64,000 nt of DNA from a virus, in the IMG/VR virus record IMGVR_UViG_3300050343_000218; one strand, given 5' to 3'. The notes beneath the pieces are model-generated. The model was given only the letters and a program-made list of their open reading frames with translations. It did no database searches and was not told the origin of the DNA. Shown here one piece after another: positions 1-10,653 of the stretch. Within the stretch, counting starts at the first letter, position 1. Every line of letters begins with the position of its first letter. The translations under genes and the position numbers were made by a program.

Positions 1-246
1 CAGGTCTGGTACTTTATACTTTCCACTAAGTTGTCCATAAATCGTACCACTAGCAGTGCCACCATAGGTATTACCAATAATTTGATACAATCCATAAAAC
101 TCATTAGGATCTAATTCTCTGCCATTACATTCTTGCCATCCTGCAGGAGCAAAATAATCTCCATTGCTATCTTTCGGCATCATACAAATGGTGCCTACTT
201 GAACTCCAGTCCAAGATGCTTGTGTTTGAGAGTAATACTTTGACAT
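1..246 (-). CDS. Tail-collar-domain fibre protein; runs off the left edge (3' part missing)
   Basis: Manual translation from ATG at 246: MSKYYSQTQASWTGVQVGTICMMP...PAGWQECNGRELDPNEFYGLYQIIGNTYGG...YKVPDL, a phage tail collar motif. The start overlaps the TGA of the upstream gene. Confidence 0.8.
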   Translation of the reverse strand, partial: MSKYYSQTQASWTGVQVGTICMMPKDSNGDYFAPAGWQECNGRELDPNEFYGLYQIIGNTYGGTASGTIYGQLSGKYKVPDL

Positions 247-1127
247 CAGATTTTAATGATATACTCTAAAATTAAGTATGGTGTTGTTAAATGATCTAAA
301 GATTTTCTAGCATCTGCCTGGATGTTAGCAGTTGCACTAGATCCGTTATAATTAATGGTAGTCGCAGCTCTAGTATACTGTAAGTTGTTCTCTACAGAAC
401 CGCCAGTGACTGTATGATTATGTGTAATATTTGCACCACTGTGAGTGACCGTAGTTGTACTAGTTTGATACTTCACAATGTCAATTGAAGTACTATCCTG
501 AAGGTCATTATCAAAACCTTCATCTCTCATATCAGATTCATACCACACGTCATTGTGAGTGTGAGCAGCAGTTTTTCCAATATCAATTGTATTTGTTGTC
601 GATGTCCCGTTATTTTCAATGGCAAAAGTTGGTTGCCCAGAAATATTAGCTGTATAAACACTATCTTCAATGGTTCCGCTCATTGTTGTAGTAACCACTG
701 ATGCTATGCTAGCAACATATCCTATACCAGCTCTTTCATAAATGCCGCCAGAAACATTGTTGCCCATAAATTCCTGCCCAGCTGAACTGTTAGGAACTAA
801 GACTTTAGCACCTAGATTAGGAACTGCAAAACTACCTCCAGTAAAGTTGCCATCCGAATCAAACGTAGGGTTAATCAAAACTGAAGAGTCTATTCCAGGA
901 TTAAAAGCACATCCAGGAACACCAGATCCTCCTGATGGACCAACCCCAATAACTCTAGCTAAACCAGGAAAATCTTGAGCTTGATAAACTTTGCCATCGC
1001 AACGTAAGTATCCACCAGGGACACGTTCTAATAAGTTTGCATCAGATTGACATTCCTTTGAAAAAGGAACAATCACTCCAGGTGCAACACCTTGAGCTCC
1101 TCTAATATTAGCATATACTTTCGCCAT
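246..1127 (-). CDS. Tail-collar-domain protein (short tail fibre-like)
   Basis: PGVIVPF...GYLRCDG...FPGLARVIG...FAVPNL collar motif; C-terminal PYLILEYIIKI. Confidence 0.8.
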   Translation of the reverse strand: MAKVYANIRGAQGVAPGVIVPFSKECQSDANLLERVPGGYLRCDGKVYQAQDFPGLARVIGVGPSGGSGVPGCAFNPGIDSSVLINPTFDSDGNFTGGSFAVPNLGAKVLVPNSSAGQEFMGNNVSGGIYERAGIGYVASIASVVTTTMSGTIEDSVYTANISGQPTFAIENNGTSTTNTIDIGKTAAHTHNDVWYESDMRDEGFDNDLQDSTSIDIVKYQTSTTTVTHSGANITHNHTVTGGSVENNLQYTRAATTINYNGSSATANIQADARKSLDHLTTPYLILEYIIKI

Positions 1128-1149
1128 TGGTTGTGATGCCCTAAGATAT

Positions 1150-1962
1150 TTAGTAAGCTTTAATCATATAAACTGCTGTTTGATGCGGTTGAGTAAAGTC
1201 CAAAACGGCATTACCCATACTATCATAATTATTAACCGACATATTATCAGAATTATAAGTATCAGAGTACGAATTAATTGCCATACTTCCCTTATCAATT
1301 ACAATCTGCATTGACTCGTGACCGTGAGCTTGGGGTGGTTTAGTCATTCTATTATTTTCAAAATCATTAGGACCACCAATTTTAACACCAGCACCCTGTC
1401 TGTTGATAATAGATCTAGCAGTTTGAAATGTAATATCACTACCACTTTCACCAGAAGGGTTTCCAGTATGCTGAGAATTTAACGCTTTAATATTAGGATT
1501 ATGCCCGTGACCAGGAAGGTTTTCGAGACTCATCATCCTACTTTGATAATGAATTTGTTTTCTAAAAATCGAATTAGAACTTGTCATCTGACCAGTAGCA
1601 TTTCCAGTTAAGGTCGATGAACTATATTGAATTACTTTATTGGGTCTACCATTAATAGACCAGTCTGCATTCAAACTCACATTTCCGCTATTATTATTTG
1701 AATCGCCAACGTAAGTAGATCCCTTATGGAAAGGTATCTTACCATTGTTTAAATCAGGGACTTGAAATTGACCTGATGCATCAGAACCACCATAAGTGTA
1801 TCCAATAACAGCTTTAAGTAAAGGATAATCATCATTGGCGTTGGCACCACCATCACACGCCAACCATCCAGGAGGAAGATCTGAACTACCTCCACCCCAC
1901 GCCATAATTGTACCGATCGCGGCATTTTTGAAGCCGCGAATTTCTTCTAGATTTTTTGACAT
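1150..1962 (-). CDS. Tail-collar-domain protein (short tail fibre-like)
   Basis: IGTIMAWGG...PPGWLACDG...YPLLKAVIGYTYGG...FQVPDL. Start placed at 1962 (TAATG coupling with the upstream gene). Confidence 0.8.
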   Translation of the reverse strand: MSKNLEEIRGFKNAAIGTIMAWGGGSSDLPPGWLACDGGANANDDYPLLKAVIGYTYGGSDASGQFQVPDLNNGKIPFHKGSTYVGDSNNNSGNVSLNADWSINGRPNKVIQYSSSTLTGNATGQMTSSNSIFRKQIHYQSRMMSLENLPGHGHNPNIKALNSQHTGNPSGESGSDITFQTARSIINRQGAGVKIGGPNDFENNRMTKPPQAHGHESMQIVIDKGSMAINSYSDTYNSDNMSVNNYDSMGNAVLDFTQPHQTAVYMIKAY

Positions 1963-4900
1963 TAGAGTTCGATTATACGCCAACCAATAACAGAGTTGAT
2001 ATAAAGCAGACCGAAACCTGCGCCAGGTGTCTGAATAATTAATTCTCCACCAGCATCTCCTTGAATAGGATTGCTGCTGCCAGATCCTGTAGTAATCTTA
2101 ATTTGCTTATTGTAAGTCAAAGCATCAGTAACATCCAAGAAACGAATCTGATCACCTTTTTGAGGTGATGTAGGAAGTGTAACCACAACTTGCGTTCCAG
2201 TAAATGTAGTAACATAGTAATTAACGTTACTGACTACCGTGATGTCCGAATCAATTTCTTCCCACTTACGACCAGCAGTAGGTGTAAAGTAACCAGTAAC
2301 TTGATTTATGTCAATACTACCATCAGTATTAACTTTAAAGTTATTAGAGCCACCACTATTTACATCTAGTTGTCCGCCCTCAAGTTCAATATTGCCAGTG
2401 ACAATTTGATTTCCACCGACATTTAAGTCACCGAAGATACCAGCACCACCATCAACAATCAGAGCTCCAGAAGTAGAATTTGATGACGCTGCATTACTAT
2501 GAACTCTAAGTGTACCAGTATTATCACTGTCGTTACCAACAGCGGTATTACCAGTTGCAGAATCAATATAGAATGTTGTGTCTGTGGAAATATCTGCTTT
2601 CTTGACAGTAAAGTCATCTCCCAGAGTTAGGGATCCAGTAGAACCAATTCTAGAATTAGGAACACTAGCAGTACCATCACCAACAAAGTCAACCTGACCA
2701 GTAGGTGTTACCTTCAGTCGAAGATCACCGTCATCAAAGATAGTGAAGACTTCAGTAGCACTGATCTCAATTTTAGTAGAACCATTGACCCATAGTTTCT
2801 CCGTGGCGCTAGGAGTTGCTTCACCGATAGACACATTGCTATTGGCATCCATCTGGATACCACCGCTAGCATTACCGATACGAGCAGAACCATCTGCCTT
2901 AACAACTAGCTTCGCAGTAGAAGCATCGTCAAAATGATCATTGCCCCAAACTGCATCGCCAACAACAATGTTTTGACCAGCATATGTCACATAGTTTAGT
3001 GAATCATCTGCTTGTCTCTGATCAATGTCACTCTTAAGAGTAGAACCAGAGTCAATCTGGTACATCTTATTAAGACCGCCTCTTACATAGAGTGCCTTAG
3101 TGACTGTCAGATCACCAACCATCTCGTGTTGACCACCACTGAGGGCAGTGAATGTGCCATCGATAGTTAAGCTACCACTAGATTGACCACCACCGACTGC
3201 CTCGCTCTCTCCACTGCCTACAGCACCAGCTCGGGCAATGATATCACCACCAACCCAAAGACCGATGGATCCAACAACTTCAGCTGTATCACCCGTGTTG
3301 ATAGAGACACGACCCACGCCGTTGCCATCATCATCGAAAGCACGGAAGGTGTGGATACCAGTTGGGTTAAGGTTATCGCCACCAGCCCATAGAGAGTTGC
3401 GGAAGATACCAGAACCCTCAACGTCCAGAGTCTGCAGAGGAATCACGCTACCGTTGGTAACGCGAGTATTCTTCAGGTTGACCCCCAGACGCATATCGTT
3501 GCCTGTAGCAATCGAAGTAGAACCAGTGCCAGTGGTGTACGTGGTTAGTGCGTCCGCACCAATAACACCCCACTCTCTCCATCCATAGGAGGGAGTCTCA
3601 CCTTGCTGGAATCCATCAGTCTGACACCAGATCCAACCCACCGTGGTGTTATAGTTGACATTAGCAATTCTATGTGCTTCACCAACAGTTTCAGTACCAC
3701 GCAGTTCAATTGTACCCTCTTGCTTAAAGCTTTCGGATGCAGGAACTGTCTTGTCTTTCGATGTCTTGATCGAATAATTAAGACCAGAGGAAATGTTTCT
3801 GGGGTTAAGTTCCCAAACAGCGAACTGAATAGTGTTTGGTTTAAATGGAGGGTTGAAGACCATATCAGTCTCAACCAGTGCAGGGTCAACACCAGCAATA
3901 CCAGTGTTAGCAACTGACTTAATTGTCAGAGAACCAGGGTCATCGGAGCTGTCAGCAAACTGATCACCAACCTCAATCGTAACAGGGGTAGAGAAGAATG
4001 TACCACCAGGTGCAGAGATCTGGAAGTCATTGATCAAGTCAAACTTAACTTTGTTGTTGACAGTTAGAGTGTCAACTGTGACATCGTTAGTGTTGGACTC
4101 TTCATCTTGGTTCTCACCAGCGACTCGCAGCACGGAGTCATCAATCTTAGTCTCTTCACCAGAGATAGCGTTGATACGCTGGTTACCCACGAACAGGTCA
4201 CCGTTAGCGTTCAGACCAGAGTAGAAGACCACACCGCCGTCTTGACGCTTCGCCTGAGAGAACAGGACTTCATCGTCAGAGAGCACATACTCCTGTCTAG
4301 AGGGGAATGCAGTGGAGTAGTTACCAGGACCGAAACCAGTGTATTCAAAAGTATGGTTGCCAGAACGTGCCTGTGAAGGACGACGCAGCTCCATATAGAT
4401 TCGTCTATCAGCAACAGCACTACTAGTACCCTCAACACCGATTAGACGATCTTCGCGAGAAGCAACCGCCTTACCATCCATTGCACTGAGAGTAACAGTC
4501 GTATTTCTCTCTACGTTGAGAAGGAGAGATTCAACTGCTTCTTTTGTGACACTGTTCTTGTTATCATCAGCAACCACGAGACCGTGGACATAGTTATCAG
4601 CAACAGAATTACTGGCAGGAGCATCTTTAATCTGCGATCCATCACCATCAGGGTCAAACCACAGAGGATCGTCAGCAAATAGCTCAGGATACAGTCTTTC
4701 GGTAGGATGTCCGAACTTGAATGTATTAAACTCAGAAACTGAAGGCGAGAAGTCACCACGTAAACAAGTCAGGTAGTAAATACCATCCTGTTGGTTATAG
4801 ATTCTGCGGCGCAGAGTCTTAACGCGATACACATAGTAAGTGTTTTCAACTTCCTCAACATCAGTAACACTGACAATCTTATAATCTTTCTGGTTACCGT

Positions 4901-7900
4901 CAGCTTCATCACGAACAAAGTCTCCAGGAGTCAGCGTGTAAGCAGGGGCATTACGGATAACATACTGTTTGCCGAGATCAGATTCGTAATCTTTAAAGTC
5001 GTCACGACCACCATTGGGTTTCTCAGCGAGAATACCAGTTGCAGAACCACTAGCAAAAATAGTAGTGGTACTATCATTATACTTCAGAGTAGGCAGTAGA
5101 GGGAAATCACTACGAAGGACTAAACGAGTAGTACCACCCTCAATATAAACTTTATGAACGACAGGCAAGTTGCCACTAATCTCACTGCTATCAGAGAAAC
5201 CAGACCAAGCAACTGCAAGTCCTAGCGTGAAAGTACCTGTAACACTGGAGAGTTTAACCTCAGTTAAAATTGTACCTGATGCTAAAGCTGTACCAGCAGC
5301 AATATTAGTATTAATTGTGTGATCGAAGACCGTCAATTCAATGCGATCGGTACCACTAATATTCTTTAGTCTGGCAGATTCGATGGTAAATTTGATACCA
5401 CAATCAGACACCAAAGACTTGCTGTTGCCAGTCAGATAGGGATCGTAATTATAATCTGCTTCAATTGCGAGGTTGTCTCCACTAGCAGGATCAACAGTCG
5501 GAGAATCACCAAAGAAGACGGGAATATCAGTAGTTGCATCAACAGCTTCCAGAACAATCTTCTGAGGTCTTAGTCTTCTATTCTCGTCAGTTCTGACCTT
5601 AAGGACATAACCGAGCAAGGGTTCTCTAACGTTGTCAATTTCCTTTGGTACAACGTATCTGAGTCTATAGATACGGTCATCTTCCCTACGGCGATCGTTG
5701 ACACGCTTGATATAGGTGTTGGAAGTTGTGATGACTTCTTCATTAACATACTCCGCAAGAGTGGAAACACGTTGATAGATTTGGTTTGGTTGCTGAGCTG
5801 TGTTTAGTACATTCAGATACCACAGACCATTACGACCAGGAGATGCAGTCATCTCAGGGTCATATTTTAGAGGATGCCTAGTATTACAGGAGAAGATAAA
5901 GACTTCATCTTGATTGGTAACACCAACAGTACCACTAGATGTAAATGAATATGGAACACCACCACCTTGAATAGCAAGTGCTGATGACAATGCAACCTTT
6001 AACTTATTAGTATTACCAGCAGTATTATCGTAAATGGCATAATACATCTTGTTCGCATCAATACCACCAGGCAGTTGCGAACCAGGCTTAGCACGGAAGA
6101 AAACAGGAGTTGCTGCTTTAGTAGCAAAACCTTTATCAAAAACGTGAGAAGATTCTAAAGTAAATTCATTAGTAGCAGGGTCAGCATTGACGACCTTGTA
6201 CTTAAATGGAGTTGGGTTGACATCAAAGATGTACTGCTGCATCGAGATCTGAACGCCAGCGTTCAATGCCTCGGGGATATTAATTGCGTTACCCGCAGCT
6301 GCATCATCCTCAGATGCTGCCAGAAGGAATGTGTTGAGGTCTTCTGTAGGGAAAGTCTGATCGGGCGGTACAGGCGCTGTATGGCGACCAGGAGCAATTA
6401 CATAATAAACAGTGTTTGCTTCCAGACCTTTAGGTAGTCTGACTAGTTCGTTGCCAATATTAGGATTGACCCGTGTTGGAACTAAACGAACAGGTGTGCC
6501 TGTATACAGACCGTGTGCTTCAGGGCAGGAGAAGATCGTAGCACGATATACAATAGTCTCACCCAGAGCATTCTGCACTGACTGAGTAGCAGTTGCCAGA
6601 CTGCTCACCGTAAAGGTGTCGAAACCAGATGGAGTAAGTTGTGCTGACCTTTCCTGAGGACCAGATTCACCAGCAGAAATATCAGGATCTAGCTTAGCAT
6701 AAATTCTATCTTCACGCTTAGAACCAACTTTATAATCCTGCAGAATGTAAGTTGGTGTGCTATCAGGATCAGCAATTTCCTCAGGTTCGCCTGAAAGGTA
6801 AACACGAGTAGAACCAGCTGGTTCCTTAGAACCAAGAATATCAATACCGTAGTATGGAGGTTGGGTAGTATCGTCTAGATCAATTGTTTGTGGAGGAACA
6901 ATATCAGTAACGAAACCGTGCTTGTCTTGGAAGAAAGCAAATCCCTTAAATCCGATAGCATCCAGAGCGGTGTTACCGAAGTTAGAGTTAGAGTTGGTGA
7001 TTGAAATGTCAGCACCAGACTCAATCAGGAAGTGATCTGCAAAACCCACCGCGAAGATGGACACAGCCTGAATGAACGCATCATTCGACAATCTAACGTG
7101 AGCGTTTCTCCACTCATTCTTAAAGTATGCTCTACCATCTGTGTGATAAGGAGTGGTAGCAAACGAACCAGTTGCCAGTTCTTCAGGGTCAGTAACAGCA
7201 ACACCGTTCCAAGCAGATTCAAACTGCGCAGTTTCTTCGTTGAACTTAGTAAACGCACGATCGTCTTTCTGCAACGAAACGCCCGTGTACTGAGCACACA
7301 CCATCGACTTGAATCCAGTAACCTTGGATCCATCAGCGTGCATACCTGCCAGACCCCAAGTAGAACGGATCGACAGGTTAAAGATATAAGGAGATGCAGA
7401 GTCAACAGTATCAATCTCTGCCTGAACAACAGCGTTCTCATTCAGTCTGTTAGGAGGAAGAGAAGCTGTCGTATATGTCTGACCAGAGATCAATGTCGGA
7501 ATTGACTGGTTGACACGATAGTAGAAAAGAGTGTTATCTGCGGGATCCAGACGTGTAATCAGGAATGAACCGTGCAGATCATTAGTTAGTCCAGTATCAT
7601 CGATGGTAACAAATTGAGCTACGAAATAACCGTGAGGTGCTTTCGTTTTAACTCTAATTTCAGTTGCATTACCACCCAATGCCTGTGGAGTGATCGACTC
7701 AATAACCTTTTTGTCAGAGAGTGGACCCACAATACGGTTTTCAAGATCCGTCTCTTGAATAGCACCGTCAACGTTAATATCGACGACCATATTTTCATAT
7801 GCGTCACCAATTTTGTCGTAGTAGAGTTGCAGATCTTCAGCATCTGCAAACTCAAAGTTTGTAATCTTGTGGTGAGAAAAAGTTGGGTCAGCTTTATTTC

Positions 7901-8447
7901 CAGAAGCATCAAAGTATACCTTCTGCTTACCATCAAAGATAGAGAATTGCCAGAAGTAACACCCACCAGTTACATTAAAAATAGATGTCTTTGGAACCGA
8001 CACATCTGTTGGGTTTGGCACATACAGAGGACGAATCTTTGTCTTCCTGAGGTCCATACCCACCAAGGAGGTACCTCTAGGAACAATAACACCACCAGTT
8101 GTTGAGTTAAACTTGTAGAGATCGTTTTGGGAGTTGCCTAAGTCAAAGTTCACATTAGATGTGAAATCTGCGATATCGTTAACAGAAAGAACACCAGGAC
8201 GGTTGTCAATATAGTGGTCTCCAGGAGACAACACGACTGTAAATTCGTCAAATCGATCGTTATCAGGACCCGATTTATACGAAAATCTAGCAACTTCGAG
8301 AAAAGCTCGCTGAATACTCTTAAATGGTCGAGTTGGGGAGTTGCCCCTGTTGTTCACATCATCCGACGCATTAAAGTCATCAGGAGAAACATAAACAAAA
8401 CGCCCAGTTTTACTGGAAATTAGATTCTCTAGTCTGGTAAGTGCCAT
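1962..8447 (-). CDS. Large virion structural / tail fibre-like protein (2161 aa)
   Basis: N-terminus MALTRLENL...YVSPDDFNASD...RPFKSIQRA typical of cyanomyovirus structural proteins; beta-rich repeats; late promoter upstream. Confidence 0.75.
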   Translation of the reverse strand: MALTRLENLISSKTGRFVYVSPDDFNASDDVNNRGNSPTRPFKSIQRAFLEVARFSYKSGPDNDRFDEFTVVLSPGDHYIDNRPGVLSVNDIADFTSNVNFDLGNSQNDLYKFNSTTGGVIVPRGTSLVGMDLRKTKIRPLYVPNPTDVSVPKTSIFNVTGGCYFWQFSIFDGKQKVYFDASGNKADPTFSHHKITNFEFADAEDLQLYYDKIGDAYENMVVDINVDGAIQETDLENRIVGPLSDKKVIESITPQALGGNATEIRVKTKAPHGYFVAQFVTIDDTGLTNDLHGSFLITRLDPADNTLFYYRVNQSIPTLISGQTYTTASLPPNRLNENAVVQAEIDTVDSASPYIFNLSIRSTWGLAGMHADGSKVTGFKSMVCAQYTGVSLQKDDRAFTKFNEETAQFESAWNGVAVTDPEELATGSFATTPYHTDGRAYFKNEWRNAHVRLSNDAFIQAVSIFAVGFADHFLIESGADISITNSNSNFGNTALDAIGFKGFAFFQDKHGFVTDIVPPQTIDLDDTTQPPYYGIDILGSKEPAGSTRVYLSGEPEEIADPDSTPTYILQDYKVGSKREDRIYAKLDPDISAGESGPQERSAQLTPSGFDTFTVSSLATATQSVQNALGETIVYRATIFSCPEAHGLYTGTPVRLVPTRVNPNIGNELVRLPKGLEANTVYYVIAPGRHTAPVPPDQTFPTEDLNTFLLAASEDDAAAGNAINIPEALNAGVQISMQQYIFDVNPTPFKYKVVNADPATNEFTLESSHVFDKGFATKAATPVFFRAKPGSQLPGGIDANKMYYAIYDNTAGNTNKLKVALSSALAIQGGGVPYSFTSSGTVGVTNQDEVFIFSCNTRHPLKYDPEMTASPGRNGLWYLNVLNTAQQPNQIYQRVSTLAEYVNEEVITTSNTYIKRVNDRRREDDRIYRLRYVVPKEIDNVREPLLGYVLKVRTDENRRLRPQKIVLEAVDATTDIPVFFGDSPTVDPASGDNLAIEADYNYDPYLTGNSKSLVSDCGIKFTIESARLKNISGTDRIELTVFDHTINTNIAAGTALASGTILTEVKLSSVTGTFTLGLAVAWSGFSDSSEISGNLPVVHKVYIEGGTTRLVLRSDFPLLPTLKYNDSTTTIFASGSATGILAEKPNGGRDDFKDYESDLGKQYVIRNAPAYTLTPGDFVRDEADGNQKDYKIVSVTDVEEVENTYYVYRVKTLRRRIYNQQDGIYYLTCLRGDFSPSVSEFNTFKFGHPTERLYPELFADDPLWFDPDGDGSQIKDAPASNSVADNYVHGLVVADDNKNSVTKEAVESLLLNVERNTTVTLSAMDGKAVASREDRLIGVEGTSSAVADRRIYMELRRPSQARSGNHTFEYTGFGPGNYSTAFPSRQEYVLSDDEVLFSQAKRQDGGVVFYSGLNANGDLFVGNQRINAISGEETKIDDSVLRVAGENQDEESNTNDVTVDTLTVNNKVKFDLINDFQISAPGGTFFSTPVTIEVGDQFADSSDDPGSLTIKSVANTGIAGVDPALVETDMVFNPPFKPNTIQFAVWELNPRNISSGLNYSIKTSKDKTVPASESFKQEGTIELRGTETVGEAHRIANVNYNTTVGWIWCQTDGFQQGETPSYGWREWGVIGADALTTYTTGTGSTSIATGNDMRLGVNLKNTRVTNGSVIPLQTLDVEGSGIFRNSLWAGGDNLNPTGIHTFRAFDDDGNGVGRVSINTGDTAEVVGSIGLWVGGDIIARAGAVGSGESEAVGGGQSSGSLTIDGTFTALSGGQHEMVGDLTVTKALYVRGGLNKMYQIDSGSTLKSDIDQRQADDSLNYVTYAGQNIVVGDAVWGNDHFDDASTAKLVVKADGSARIGNASGGIQMDANSNVSIGEATPSATEKLWVNGSTKIEISATEVFTIFDDGDLRLKVTPTGQVDFVGDGTASVPNSRIGSTGSLTLGDDFTVKKADISTDTTFYIDSATGNTAVGNDSDNTGTLRVHSNAASSNSTSGALIVDGGAGIFGDLNVGGNQIVTGNIELEGGQLDVNSGGSNNFKVNTDGSIDINQVTGYFTPTAGRKWEEIDSDITVVSNVNYYVTTFTGTQVVVTLPTSPQKGDQIRFLDVTDALTYNKQIKITTGSGSSNPIQGDAGGELIIQTPGAGFGLLYINSVIGWRIIEL

Positions 8448-8483
8448 TACCTAAAAATTATTATGATGGTGGTCCTGTCTTGG

Positions 8484-8490
8484 TATTTAT
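8484..8490 (-). promoter_or_regulatory. T4-type late promoter (ATAAATA)
   Basis: ATAAATA about 37 nt upstream of the structural gene start. Confidence 0.6.
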
Positions 8491-8744
8491 CAGACGAACA
8501 TTCCTTTGTCTGACATATATCGAAGTGTAGTCTTCATATCGCCAATGTGCGTCATACCAATTGCACATTGAGGATAAGTTGCTTCATTTCCAAATTCATT
8601 TCTGAATTGATAATCTTCAAAGTCTTTTCCTAGCTCATATCTATGAAAGTCTTCAACACCTTCAATTTTCTTCAAAAGTTGTGCCATACGATCACACTCT
8701 TGACTACTGTTAGAGTATATAACTGCGGTTTTAGTTAGTACCAT
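8490..8744 (-). CDS. Glutaredoxin-like protein, single-Cys active site (SQEC)
   Basis: AVIYSNSSQEC ... TYPQCAIGMTHIG thioredoxin-fold pattern; start trimmed to MVLTK. Confidence 0.65.
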   Translation of the reverse strand: MVLTKTAVIYSNSSQECDRMAQLLKKIEGVEDFHRYELGKDFEDYQFRNEFGNEATYPQCAIGMTHIGDMKTTLRYMSDKGMFV

Positions 8745-9027
8745 ATTGACCCCAAAGTTTACGAACAGATTGAGTAATTGGCAAACCACCAATTCGTTTT
8801 TCCAGCAATAGTCCTGAGGGAGAAATAACTAGAAAAACAGGAGTAGCAGTTACGCCATATTTTTTAGCAAGAGCAAGATTTTCTTCTGGAATAGGAGTAT
8901 CACTGAAGTCTTCCAACTCTATTTGTTCAATCAGACTCTCTCTTTCATCGTGAAGAGCTTTGATGTATTTTTTAACTAAACCACAAGGACCACAGGAGTC
9001 CTTGGTAAACAGCAAAAATCGGTTCAT
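8731..9027 (-). CDS. Thioredoxin/glutaredoxin-like protein
   Basis: CGPC motif and YGVTATP cis-Pro motif. Confidence 0.8.
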   Translation of the reverse strand: MNRFLLFTKDSCGPCGLVKKYIKALHDERESLIEQIELEDFSDTPIPEENLALAKKYGVTATPVFLVISPSGLLLEKRIGGLPITQSVRKLWGQYGTN

Positions 9028-9173
9028 TACTTCTCCTTGTGATCGTAGGTAATTACAATTTTCTGATGTTGGGTCTTTTTATCAGTGCAAATATAGTGAG
9101 TTGCTTCACCACCCAATATTTTGCATATGTTATCTAGTTGGATTTCGAGTGCGAATTTAGCAGCATCTTTCAT
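9027..9173 (-). CDS. Small hypothetical protein (48 aa)
   Basis: Manual translation MKDAAKFALEIQLDNICKILGG...; tightly packed between its neighbours. Confidence 0.6.
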   Translation of the reverse strand: MKDAAKFALEIQLDNICKILGGEATHYICTDKKTQHQKIVITYDHKEK

Positions 9174-9412
9174 AAGTCAAGCTCAAGTTGCAGTTTGCGT
9201 TCTTCTTCTATTCTATTGTGCTCTGCCCACATTTCAGCAACCATATCTATTGGTGGGGGTGTCTGATAAGGTGGTGATGGTTGTGATTGCCACTTATCAA
9301 TCGTTTCCTGTGTAGGGACAGTAATTCGGAAGGGATAATCTTCCTCCTCAAACTCCTTATTCATATCAATATATGTTTGAGGAGTGATCTCAACTCTTTC
9401 CATTTTGTTCAT
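9170..9412 (-). CDS. Hypothetical protein
   Basis: ORF track; operon packing on the minus strand. Confidence 0.6.
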   Translation of the reverse strand: MNKMERVEITPQTYIDMNKEFEEEDYPFRITVPTQETIDKWQSQPSPPYQTPPPIDMVAEMWAEHNRIEEERKLQLELDL

Positions 9413-9617
9413 ACCAAGGGTGTTGATACAGCTTCAGAATTGAATCTTCTCCGTTTTCATAATGTTTGACCAATCTGTCAACTTGCTTTCGGTCAGCTCC
9501 ACAAGGAGCGTTCTTCAAACACATAATAATTAAATCTGTATCACTGATAGCGGGTTTAATCGTAAACCCCCACTTATCAACTTCACCTTCAATAGGTGCT
9601 TCTGGACTATCGAACAT
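9390..9617 (-). CDS. Hypothetical protein
   Basis: ORF track; operon packing. Confidence 0.6.
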   Translation of the reverse strand: MFDSPEAPIEGEVDKWGFTIKPAISDTDLIIMCLKNAPCGADRKQVDRLVKHYENGEDSILKLYQHPWYEQNGKS

Positions 9618-9624
9618 CGTTTTT

Positions 9625-9840
9625 CTACGACAATAATTTGGACAATGAAATAACTAAGAGGAATGTAACCATAATAACGATGTCCCAAGATTTTGTCATT
9701 ACAAAGTAAGGGAGTGTAGCACAGTCACCCAAGAAATTGAGTGCGACACCGAACGTTGTATTGATATGGAGGATAGTAAAATAAGCAATGATCACGAGAC
9801 CACTGCCCAATACTCTCATAGGGACAATCACATTTGTCAT
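9625..9840 (-). CDS. Small membrane protein
   Basis: Two to three hydrophobic segments. Confidence 0.6.
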   Translation of the reverse strand: MTNVIVPMRVLGSGLVIIAYFTILHINTTFGVALNFLGDCATLPYFVMTKSWDIVIMVTFLLVISLSKLLS

Positions 9841-10151
9841 AATGTTCTTTCTAATCTGTTTGTAGCTTGATCTGGAAAGTCTCTTGGTCTACTATCAGTG
9901 GCATTATCAGTTTTAGGAGAACCTTCGTTCGCCTTCATTGTATGCTGATAGTTTGGTCTCGGATATCTCATATAGAATGGATCAGGCATCCAATAGGTAA
10001 CTTGCCATTCTTGTTCGGGACACAGCTCAAGATGTTTATCTACACTATGGCAGAAACTACCGAGTTGAATGTATCCATCGTGAGTGATGCATTTGTTGTC
10101 GCCATTAGCAACTAAGAACATCATCTTACTACTCAATCTCGCTGCCTCCAA
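9837..10151 (-). CDS. Hypothetical protein
   Basis: ORF track; true start is probably slightly downstream. Confidence 0.6.
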   Translation of the reverse strand: MEAARLSSKMMFLVANGDNKCITHDGYIQLGSFCHSVDKHLELCPEQEWQVTYWMPDPFYMRYPRPNYQHTMKANEGSPKTDNATDSRPRDFPDQATNRLERTL

Positions 10152-10447
10152 TCATCAGGTTTGTCTCGTTGAAACCAATCTTTAATGTCATCAGCACTGT
10201 TGAACCCCGTTTTATGATTGGATGGATCGGGGTCTCCTAAACCCATCCTATTCAGAAAATCGTCGGTACTACCTTCTTCAATGTCTTGTGCTGCTTGGCG
10301 TCGTGCTTGCTTTAACCAATCCCTAGCAAGTGTGTGAGATTTAGCAAGCTTTTCTGCCCAGATCATATCGTCTAATTGTACTTCCTCCTTGTTTGCGATC
10401 TTTTTACAAATACCTTCTAGTCGAAGGCGATAGGCGGTAGAAAGCAT
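10133..10447 (-). CDS. Conserved cyanophage-type hypothetical protein
   Basis: MLSTAYRLRLEGIC...MIWAEKLAK...WFQRDKPDDWRQRD pattern. Confidence 0.7.
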   Translation of the reverse strand: MLSTAYRLRLEGICKKIANKEEVQLDDMIWAEKLAKSHTLARDWLKQARRQAAQDIEEGSTDDFLNRMGLGDPDPSNHKTGFNSADDIKDWFQRDKPDDWRQRD

Positions 10448-10452
10448 AAGAT

Positions 10453-10653
10453 TTAGTCTCTAAAATCTAGTTTTAGCTCAAGATCCTCTAATTTGAGGTA
10501 TTCGGCGTGTGCAGTCTCTTGACGCTCACACACAATATTTAGAATATCAGTCATTATTGTGTCATTGTCAACATAGTCATCGATATACTTGTATATCGCT
10601 TCTTTCAAGTACCGATATCGATGCCATTCTGGCGAATAAGGTTTGTAAGACAT
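10453..10653 (-). CDS. Hypothetical protein
   Basis: ORF track; operon packing. Confidence 0.6.
   Translation of the reverse strand: MSYKPYSPEWHRYRYLKEAIYKYIDDYVDNDTIMTDILNIVCERQETAHAEYLKLEDLELKLDFRD

Noticed and set aside
1-8447. Diversity-generating retroelement acting on fibre genes
   Set aside because: No reverse transcriptase and no near-identical template/variable repeat pair were found in the window.
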